A stretch of DNA of 19,610 nt, taken from positions 1 to 19,610 of the forward strand of contig JAQBUT010000037.1 in assembly GCA_027623195.1 (NCBI GenBank), in the 5' to 3' direction. Of this stretch, positions 1-6,505 are shown piece after piece. Each line of letters begins with the position of its first letter. The first letter of the stretch is position 1. Source of the DNA: Chloroflexota bacterium (GTDB taxonomy: Bacteria; Chloroflexota; Dehalococcoidia; Lucifugimonadales; JADFKI01). The notes beneath the pieces are model-generated. The model saw only the letters and a list, made by a program, of their open reading frames with translations. It was not told the origin of the DNA and did no database searches. The position numbers and the translations under genes are program-made.

Positions 1-1
1 G

Positions 2-103
2 AGCCTTGAGAATCTTGCTGGTTTGTATCGAAACACAAAGCGGGACAAGGAGGCAGAACCATTAGAGCAGCGTGCGGCGAAAATCCGCGCCATCAAGCGA
101 TGA
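2..103 (+). CDS. 3' end of a tetratricopeptide-repeat (TPR, kinesin-light-chain-like) protein; 5'-truncated by the window; probable integron gene cassette ORF
   Basis: Frame 2 reads SLENLAGLYRNTKRDKEAEPLEQRAAKIRAIKR* (TGA 101-103). This matches the 'sLnNLA.LY...gr..eAepL..RAl.I' TPR pattern. Not in the ORF track. An attC-like site follows immediately. Confidence 0.8.
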   Translation, partial: SLENLAGLYRNTKRDKEAEPLEQRAAKIRAIKR

Positions 104-106
104 TCC

Positions 107-170
107 GGCTAACAACCGGTTGCAGCGGACGGCCCGTTGCGCGGCCCGCCGCTGAACCGGAGCGATATCT
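107..170 (+). mobile_element. attC: Integron attC-like recombination site with non-canonical R' end
   Basis: R'' box GGCTAAC (107-113) begins 3 nt after the TGA stop. CCGGTT(G)CAGCGG(A)CGG pairs with CCGCCGCTGAACCGG, leaving two unpaired bases, and the element is 64 bp long. Where GTTRRRY is expected the sequence reads GATATCT (164-170). Confidence 0.8.
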
Positions 171-335
171 GTCCTTTCAGTCATCCTTCTTCCCCTCAAG
201 CTGGCTGCGTTCTTTTTACGCCTCGCCTTATCAGTAACCCGGGCGGTCTTTGGCGGCATCATTCTGGGATGCTTGGCCCCTTTGGGTCTGGTGGCGCTAC
301 TGTTGACAGCCGGACTGGCAATCCTCGTATTCTAA
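165..335 (+). pseudogene. Start-less 3' remnant (56 codons) of a small hydrophobic membrane-protein gene
   Basis: Reads ISVLSVILLPLKLAAFFLRLALSVTRAVFGGIILGCLAPLGLVALLLTAGLAILVF* (TAA 333-335). There is no ATG, and an in-frame TGA lies at 153-155 inside the attC. The protein-like sequence starts at the attC crossover G164. Confidence 0.6.
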
Positions 336-499
336 CTGCCCGATAAGGCTCCCTACAGTCGCCACACCCAACATTGCCCGCATTCCCTTGTTTGCGTGAT
401 GCCATTTGCTATTGCAATATAACTTCCACCTTAAGTACGGCCTTAAATCATGAAACATAATTTATTAAACTTGTGCAGCAAAGAGAAGGGGTGGAGCTC

Positions 500-1648
500 A
501 TGGCAACAACCATAGTTCTTGGCGGCGGCGTGGGAGGCCTGGTCACAGCGCGGGAACTCCGCAAGAAGCTGGGCCGGGAACACCGGGTAATTCTTATCGA
601 CAAGGAAGCCAGACACATCTTCTGGCCGTCTTTGCTTTGGCTGCAGGTAGGCCTACGCAAGCCTGCGGCAATACAAAAAGACCTGGCCCCGTTGGAGAAA
701 AAGGGCATAGAGGTCATCAAGGGCGAGGTCGAGGCGATAGACCCGCAGCAGAAGACTGTGCGGGTCGACGGGCAGGAATTTCAGGCAAGCTATATAGTCG
801 TATCCCTAGGCGCGCAACTGGCCCCGGAGGAGTTGCCTGGTCTGCAAGAAGTTGGCCACAACCTGTATAGCCTGGAAGGGGCCACGGCCATTCGTGACGC
901 CCGCATCGGCCTTACCAGTGGACGTCTTGTCGTCCTGGTGGCGCGCATGCCTTTCAAGTGCCCTGCTGCGCCATATGAGGCGGCGATGTTGCTGGAGCAC
1001 GACCTTAAAAAGCGCAACGTGCGCCAGAACGTTTCTGTTGCGCTCTACACACCAGAGGCCGGTCCCATGGGAGTGGCAGGCCCGACGGTATCCGCTGGTG
1101 TACGCAACATCGTCGAAGGACGAGGCATCGAATATTACCCTCAGCATCAGGTAACCAGCGTCGACGGCACGACCGGTACCCTACGCTTCGCCAACGATAC
1201 GGAGGCCCACTTCGATTTTCTGGCGTACATACCGCCCCATATCGCGCCGCCTGTGGTGCGTGACGCTGGCTTGACGGGCGAAAGCGGCTGGGTGCCGGTG
1301 GACCGTCACACCATGGAGACATCTTTCCAGGATGTGTATGCCATTGGCGATGTCACAGGCATACCACTGTCCATGGGGTTACCGCTGCCCAAGGCGGGCG
1401 TCTTCGCCCACGGTGAGGGCATTGCCGTTGCGCAGACCATCGCATCCAAGATTACGGGACGCGGCGAGGCCAAAACCTTCGAGGGCAACGGCGAGTGCTT
1501 CATCGAGATCGGCGGCGGCAAGGCGGGCTTCGGCAAGGGAAACTTCTATGCCGAGCCTGCGCCGGTGATCAAGCTGCATCAGCCCTCGTGGTACCGGCAC
1601 TGGGGCAAGGTGCTCTTCGAAAAGTACTGGATGTGGCGCTGGGTCTGA
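500..1648 (+). CDS. sqr: Sulfide:quinone oxidoreductase-like FAD-dependent oxidoreductase (SQR/FCSD family, type III-like)
   Basis: N-terminal IVLGGGVGG FAD-binding motif, KCPAAPYE, VYAIGD, LPKAGVFA, a second Cys in GECFIEIG, and an amphipathic Trp-rich C-terminus. ATG at 500 is preceded by GGAG. Confidence 0.8.
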   Translation: MATTIVLGGGVGGLVTARELRKKLGREHRVILIDKEARHIFWPSLLWLQVGLRKPAAIQKDLAPLEKKGIEVIKGEVEAIDPQQKTVRVDGQEFQASYIVVSLGAQLAPEELPGLQEVGHNLYSLEGATAIRDARIGLTSGRLVVLVARMPFKCPAAPYEAAMLLEHDLKKRNVRQNVSVALYTPEAGPMGVAGPTVSAGVRNIVEGRGIEYYPQHQVTSVDGTTGTLRFANDTEAHFDFLAYIPPHIAPPVVRDAGLTGESGWVPVDRHTMETSFQDVYAIGDVTGIPLSMGLPLPKAGVFAHGEGIAVAQTIASKITGRGEAKTFEGNGECFIEIGGGKAGFGKGNFYAEPAPVIKLHQPSWYRHWGKVLFEKYWMWRWV

Positions 1649-1722
1649 CTAGTAGCAGTGGGTTGGCTCGAAATGACTAATTGCTATAGCCCAAGCTATG
1701 TCCCCAATCGAGCGGCATCGAA

Positions 1723-1749
1723 CCCAAGCAACTAGAGCAGTTGCTTGGG
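1723..1749. terminator. Perfect 11-bp inverted repeat; possible terminator/hairpin between convergent genes
   Basis: CCCAAGCAACT-AGAGC-AGTTGCTTGGG. There is no U-tract, so its function is uncertain. Confidence 0.35.
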
Positions 1750-1842
1750 GGAAGGCCTGACTTCTCGAATGCGGTCCAGCGCATCCGCCGTCGTCATACC
1801 TTGATGGATGAAATAAGCAACAAACATAGTCGGCGGTCGATT
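1732..1842 (-). pseudogene. Decayed fragment of a dual-specificity/tyrosine protein phosphatase gene
   Basis: The minus strand reads NRPPTMFVAYFIHQGMTTADALDRIREVRPSPKQLL*, resembling the post-P-loop 'GRS.T...AYL...GM...eAl..ir..RP' segment of DSP/PTP proteins. No intact HCxxGxxR motif is in frame. Confidence 0.5.
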
Positions 1843-1981
1843 GCTTGAGCCTCCTGGTTCAAAGTGGGAAGGTGGCAGTGATGCGCTAAACCTAACCCGT
1901 TCTCAGCGCCGTCGAATTCAGCCTACAAACTAACACTGTGCTCCAGAGTAGCCTGAACGAATCAAGCTGATCACAGGCCTA

Positions 1982-3139
1982 TTAAACCAGAGCGTTTTCT
2001 CCGGTTATATCCCTGCCCAGAACCAGTGAATGAACGTCGTAGGTTCCCTCGTAAGTATCCACCGTCTCCAGGTTCAGCATATGGCGGATGATGCTGTAAT
2101 CCAGCGTTATACCGCTGGCGCCCAGGATTTCTCGCGCCACCCTGGCAGCCTTTAACGCCGCGCGGACGTTCTCCCGCTTGGCCATGGAGACGTGGGTGTG
2201 GCTCATTTTGCCCTCATCCTTGAGAACGGCCAAACGCCACGCAAGCAAAAGGCCCCGGGTGTGGTCGGACAGCATGTCCACCAGCTTGGCCTGCACCAGT
2301 TGACGGGCAGCTATGGGTTTGCCGAAGGTGCTGCGATTCTTGGAGAAGGCCAGCGCGTCCTCGTAAACACCCTCCAGCGCTCCCAACGCGCCCCACGCGA
2401 TGCCGTAACGCGCCTGGGTCAGACAAGATAGAGGCGCGGACAGTCCCTTTACCTCCGGTAGCAACTGGGACGCGGGAACCCGGACGTTATCAAAGACCAG
2501 TTCGCTGGTGACTGAGGCACGCATGCTCATCTTGTGCTTGATGTCGTTGGCCTGAAAGCCTGGCGTGTCCGTGGGAACGATGAATCCGCGCACCGTGTCC
2601 TCTTCGTCCTTCGCCCACACCACGGCGATATCCGCGATGCCGCCGTTGGTGATCCACATCTTGGTGCCATTAAGAACGTAGGACTCCCCTTCCTTGCGGG
2701 CACGGGTCTCCATGCCGCCTGGATCGGAGCCGCCGTTGTGCTCAGTCAGGCCGAAACAGCCCACCATCTCGCCAGAGGCCAGCTTGGGCAGGTACTGACG
2801 CTTCTGCTCCTCGGAGCCGTATCGGTATATCGGATACATGACCAGTGCGCCCTGGACGCTGGCGAAGCTGCGGAAGCCGGAGTCTATCCGCTCCAATTCG
2901 TACATAATAAGACCGTACGAAACGTTATTGATGCCGCTGGCGCCATACTCCTTGGGAAGGTTCGCTCCGAGGAAGCCCATCTCTCCCAGCTTGGACACCA
3001 TGTCCCTGGGGAAGACACCGTCCTCCCACCATTCGGTGATCTTCGGTCGGACCTCGGCCTCCATGAAGTCGCGGGCAGCCGACTGCACCTGCCGGTCTTC
3101 GGTTGATAGCGCGTCCAGTACCTGGAAGTAGTCCAGCAT
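1982..3139 (-). CDS. Acyl-CoA dehydrogenase (glutaryl-CoA dehydrogenase-like)
   Basis: Motifs GCFGLTEHNGGSDP, LNGTKMWITNG, AREILGASGI and catalytic TYEGT. ATG at 3139 (MLDYFQ) follows a GAGAGG RBS. Confidence 0.92.
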   Translation of the reverse strand: MLDYFQVLDALSTEDRQVQSAARDFMEAEVRPKITEWWEDGVFPRDMVSKLGEMGFLGANLPKEYGASGINNVSYGLIMYELERIDSGFRSFASVQGALVMYPIYRYGSEEQKRQYLPKLASGEMVGCFGLTEHNGGSDPGGMETRARKEGESYVLNGTKMWITNGGIADIAVVWAKDEEDTVRGFIVPTDTPGFQANDIKHKMSMRASVTSELVFDNVRVPASQLLPEVKGLSAPLSCLTQARYGIAWGALGALEGVYEDALAFSKNRSTFGKPIAARQLVQAKLVDMLSDHTRGLLLAWRLAVLKDEGKMSHTHVSMAKRENVRAALKAARVAREILGASGITLDYSIIRHMLNLETVDTYEGTYDVHSLVLGRDITGENALV

Positions 3140-3293
3140 ATTTTGGATGGATCCTCTCAAATGGTTTTCGGAGCCTTGCGAAGGTCCGTCAAGGATTGTA
3201 CACCACGGGATTAAACACTACCGGCAATGGAAATCTACGAAAATCAAAAGCTAGCACCTTAAAAACATACATTCTAATTTCTAATATGAACCT

Positions 3294-3725
3294 ATGGAAG
3301 ACACCAACAATAATAGATTAGCCTACCTAAACATCAACCAGGAAGCCATAAAGCGGATGGCAGGAAATTCTTTTTTGGTTAAGGGTTGGTCGGTCACGTT
3401 AGTTTCTGCAATGCTCGCAATTTCCGTTACCAGCAAACGTCCCGAAATTGCTTTCTTGTCGGTAGGGCCAGGAATCTTGTTCGCGGGCTGGGATGCATAC
3501 TGGCTAAGGCAAGAACGGTTATTTCGAGCAATCCACGAACAAATCCGCTTGTCCCCTGAAGGGACTATGGGGGAACAGATGTTTTCTATGAACACTAAAT
3601 TATATTCAGACAAGGTACCTGGTTTGTTGAAGACGTTGGTGAGTCTGCCCCTTATCGGCCTATACGGTGGGCTCATCGCCGTCTCACTGGCATTCGCGTT
3701 GATAGGAAATTGGCCATGGGTTTGA
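3294..3725 (+). CDS. Small ~3-TM membrane protein (RMAxNSFxxKGW family); candidate defence effector
   Basis: 143 aa with hydrophobic segments GWSVTLVSAMLAISV, IAFLSVGPGILFAGW and LPLIGLYGGLIAVSLAFALIG. Motifs IKRMAGNSFLVKGW and DAYWLRQERLFR. Ends 25 bp upstream of the TIR gene. Confidence 0.8.
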   Translation: MEDTNNNRLAYLNINQEAIKRMAGNSFLVKGWSVTLVSAMLAISVTSKRPEIAFLSVGPGILFAGWDAYWLRQERLFRAIHEQIRLSPEGTMGEQMFSMNTKLYSDKVPGLLKTLVSLPLIGLYGGLIAVSLAFALIGNWPWV

Positions 3726-3750
3726 ACCACGAGCGATGGAGTAAAAAGAT

Positions 3751-4206
3751 ATGCAATTGAGGAAACGAAGATTATTTATTAGTTTCGATTATGATAACGA
3801 TCTCGTCTTAAAAGACTTCATGATTGGGCAGTCAAAAAACGTTGATTCCCCTTTTGAAATCGAAGATTGGTCGATGAAGGAGGCTGCCCCACAACGCAAC
3901 TGGGAAGCAGAAGCCGCAAAAAGGATTAGTCGTTCGGACACCATCCTAGTAATGTTGGGTCCTCACACACACCGCGCACGGGGAGTATCGAAGGAGGTAT
4001 CTGTTGCAAATAAGCTTGGGAAAGAAATTTTTCAGATAATCGGTTATCAAAACAGCAATCCGCAACGTGTTGCAAATGCAGGTCCTGTATATAACTGGAG
4101 TTGGCCGAACCTCAAGGCGTTGATATCGCCCATTAAAACGCTCGATCTGCCTTCCTTCAACAGGCAATTCGGCAATCGCAGCCCATTTCGCAATCGATTC
4201 AGGTAG
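3751..4206 (+). CDS. TIR-domain protein, Thoeris ThsB/MTH538 (DUF1863)-like
   Basis: N-terminal RRLFISFDYDND, DWSMKE, RISRSDTILVMLGPHT, GVSKEV (position of the catalytic Glu) and WSWPNL. Confidence 0.85.
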   Translation: MQLRKRRLFISFDYDNDLVLKDFMIGQSKNVDSPFEIEDWSMKEAAPQRNWEAEAAKRISRSDTILVMLGPHTHRARGVSKEVSVANKLGKEIFQIIGYQNSNPQRVANAGPVYNWSWPNLKALISPIKTLDLPSFNRQFGNRSPFRNRFR

Positions 4207-4208
4207 GT

Positions 4209-5150
4209 CTACCCGCCTATTGGCCCCAACCCGGCTTCGGCGCGGGCGTCGTTTGCGTGCTCCAGGATGCGCACGCTTAACGGCGCTAGCTCGTAGCCAA
4301 TGTCCGCCAGCATACGGCTGTTGTCCAGCAGGTAAGCGTGGGGCACCTTCCTATCACCCATGGTTATTCGCGCGTCGGGAATGAGCTTTCGCACTTCGTC
4401 GGCCATGTCGCCGACGGTGGCAAGATGCCCTCCACTGATGTACACCCGATGGTTCAGCTTTTCGGCCAGCGCCACGCCCACGAAAATCTGCGCGGCGTCC
4501 TCAGCGTGAATCATGGGCGAAGGCTCGTCCGGATGAAAGGGCAGGTCGATGGGCTTACCCACCGCCGGCAGCGACACCATCAGGCCGCCAATCATTCCCG
4601 TCATTCCCGTGACGCGCCCGTGGCCGAACACGGTGCAGATACGAACGCCTCTCAGGTCCATGCCGAACTGGTCGATGTACTTGGCGGCCGCGAAGTCGTT
4701 GGCCGCCTTGGTCATGCCATAAACGTTGACTGGACTTGGCAGGTCGTCCTCGTTGATTAGCCTCTCGCCAAAGGTCTCCTGAACGCCGTACACTGCGATG
4801 GAGCTGGCGTATACTACCCGCTCGACACCCGTCCAGCGGGCCACCTCGAAAACGTTGTTGGTTCCCTGTATGTTCACCAGCATGCCAAAGTGGGGCCGGT
4901 CCTCTGTGTCGGGCGGCAGCAGCGCTGCCATGTGCACGATTTTCGTTACGCCATAGGTATTCACGGCCTCCAGCAGGTGCGGTATCTGCGTCACGTCGCC
5001 TCGGTACACGGATATCTTGTCCAGGTAAGGCTGCAAATTGGCCTTCGGCGGGGCCAGGTCGAAGCACACCACGTTCTCGCCGCGCCGGACTAGCTCCCGC
5101 ACTATACGGGCGCCAATAAATCCCGTTCCACCTGTCACCATTACTGACAT
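4209..5150 (-). CDS. NAD-dependent epimerase/dehydratase (extended SDR)
   Basis: TGGTGFIG Rossmann motif, HMAA, ASSIAVYG and catalytic YGMTK. Confidence 0.92.
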   Translation of the reverse strand: MSVMVTGGTGFIGARIVRELVRRGENVVCFDLAPPKANLQPYLDKISVYRGDVTQIPHLLEAVNTYGVTKIVHMAALLPPDTEDRPHFGMLVNIQGTNNVFEVARWTGVERVVYASSIAVYGVQETFGERLINEDDLPSPVNVYGMTKAANDFAAAKYIDQFGMDLRGVRICTVFGHGRVTGMTGMIGGLMVSLPAVGKPIDLPFHPDEPSPMIHAEDAAQIFVGVALAEKLNHRVYISGGHLATVGDMADEVRKLIPDARITMGDRKVPHAYLLDNSRMLADIGYELAPLSVRILEHANDARAEAGLGPIGG

Positions 5151-5191
5151 TTATGGATACTCCTGAACATTGCTTCATTTAATCGAATTTA

Positions 5192-5431
5192 TTATGCCCC
5201 GGCTCGACTCGCAAGAAGTTCAGCCCTGGACCTGATCATGAAACGCCGCAACGCGACAAGCGCCCACAGAGCCTCGATGACTGTTATCGGATAAGCCTCC
5301 ACCAGCCCGCTATAGGCCGATGTAGCCGCCGACGCCCCGGCGAAGGCCAGGACGTACCAGCGCGAACGCGGCTCCAACCAGTAGGCCAGAAACATGATTG
5401 CCACCGCCACAGACCCAAACATCGTCAACAT
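5192..5431 (-). CDS. Small 3-TM membrane protein of unknown function
   Basis: 79 aa with three hydrophobic helices and a GGGGAG RBS upstream of the ATG. Co-oriented between the MBL hydrolase and the epimerase. Confidence 0.75.
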   Translation of the reverse strand: MLTMFGSVAVAIMFLAYWLEPRSRWYVLAFAGASAATSAYSGLVEAYPITVIEALWALVALRRFMIRSRAELLASRAGA

Positions 5432-5482
5432 ATTCTCCCCCGCAATCTCAATGGTCCGTGTTGGCCCGACACTCGGTTAGTG

Positions 5483-6325
5483 CTATAACACCTGCCAGTA
5501 TCGCTTGCCCTCCGAGGTTATCACCTTGCCAATGTGGTCATCGGGGTGGAAGTGGCCTGCCGCAATAACGTAGTCCTCGGCCTCAGCCTTTTCCAGCAGA
5601 GCGTGCCTACTGCGGCGGCTGTCTGGTTTGCTGGTGTCCACACCGGCGCACCAGTCCGGCTCCTGTACCTGAACCCTGCTGTGAATGGCGTCTCCCACCA
5701 CCATAGCCTTCTGACCCTGAGAGCTTATGAGTATGACCTGGTGTCCTGGCGTATGACCGGGGGTGGCCAGTGTCGTTATCTCGTCTGTGATGCTGTGGCC
5801 TTCGTCGAATAGGTCCATGAGACCCATCGCCTCCAGCGGGACGACGCTGTCCTGAACTTGCGGTGAATCCTTCAGGACGTCTGGCTGGATGAAATACTCC
5901 CAGTCCACCCTTGGCACCAGATACCTGGCATTGGGAAAGTAAGGCTTAGGGGTGTCGCCTGTGGTGTCGATGTTCCAGCCCACATGGTCGGCGTGCAGAT
6001 GAGTATGGACAACGATGTCCACATCTTCGGGGCCGACGCCCTGAACTCGAAGCTGGTTCAGCAGGTCGCCTGTCAGGTTATTTCTGGAAGCGTGCGGTCC
6101 CGGCCCCATACCTGTGTCTACCATTATGGTCTTGCCCTGAGAGCGCACGAAGAAATGGCCATAGTAGAGTTGGATCTGACCATTTTCCAGCACATCCTGG
6201 TAAGGCTCCCAATCGGCTGCGGTAACCCCTTCGAAGAACTGGCCCGGCCCCCGCGAGGGCGGAACCATGTCCAGTGCGAATACGATTTCAGCGTTGCCTA
6301 CGTTTATCTTGTCTGCCATTGCCAT
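5483..6325 (-). CDS. Metallo-beta-lactamase-fold hydrolase (AHL-lactonase/YtnP-like)
   Basis: VDTGMG, THLHADHVGWN, FPNARY, TPGHTPGH, GDAIH and GHF motifs. Likely start is ATG 6325 or 6319 after AAGGACAGG. Confidence 0.9.
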   Translation of the reverse strand: MAMADKINVGNAEIVFALDMVPPSRGPGQFFEGVTAADWEPYQDVLENGQIQLYYGHFFVRSQGKTIMVDTGMGPGPHASRNNLTGDLLNQLRVQGVGPEDVDIVVHTHLHADHVGWNIDTTGDTPKPYFPNARYLVPRVDWEYFIQPDVLKDSPQVQDSVVPLEAMGLMDLFDEGHSITDEITTLATPGHTPGHQVILISSQGQKAMVVGDAIHSRVQVQEPDWCAGVDTSKPDSRRSRHALLEKAEAEDYVIAAGHFHPDDHIGKVITSEGKRYWQVL

Positions 6326-6435
6326 CCTGTCCTTGTTCAGCGTTGCCTGTCGGCGCCCGATGTCCGGGCCGCGAGACAAGGGCATGATACAGAGGATTGG
6401 AACGGGCACGCAACGGGCAGGCGTAAATAGCTCCA

Positions 6436-6454
6436 ACTCACCCTTAGGATGAGT
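6436..6454. promoter_or_regulatory. Imperfect palindrome, possible operator upstream of the MBL-hydrolase operon
   Basis: ACTCA-C-CCT-T-AGG-A-TGAGT (8 of 9 arm positions complementary) in intergenic DNA. Confidence 0.3.
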
Positions 6455-6505
6455 AATCGGGAATGCAACTCCGAGAAGAATTAGTCTAGATCGGCTGGCG
6501 GGGGA

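Noticed and set aside
62..346. ORF-track calls 62..262(-) and 137..346(+)
   Set aside because: They span the attC hairpin and lack protein-like composition. The TPR tail and the hydrophobic 165..335 frame explain the region better.
1885..1945. ACCTAAC / AACTAAC as possible further attC R'' boxes
   Set aside because: No complementary L'/R' arm downstream and no adjacent cassette stop codon.
4555..5178. Long alternative-frame and antisense ORFs (e.g. 4555..5178, 2534..3106, 12554..13069, 18208..18753)
   Set aside because: They are shadows of well-supported genes in GC-rich DNA and have no recognisable motifs.
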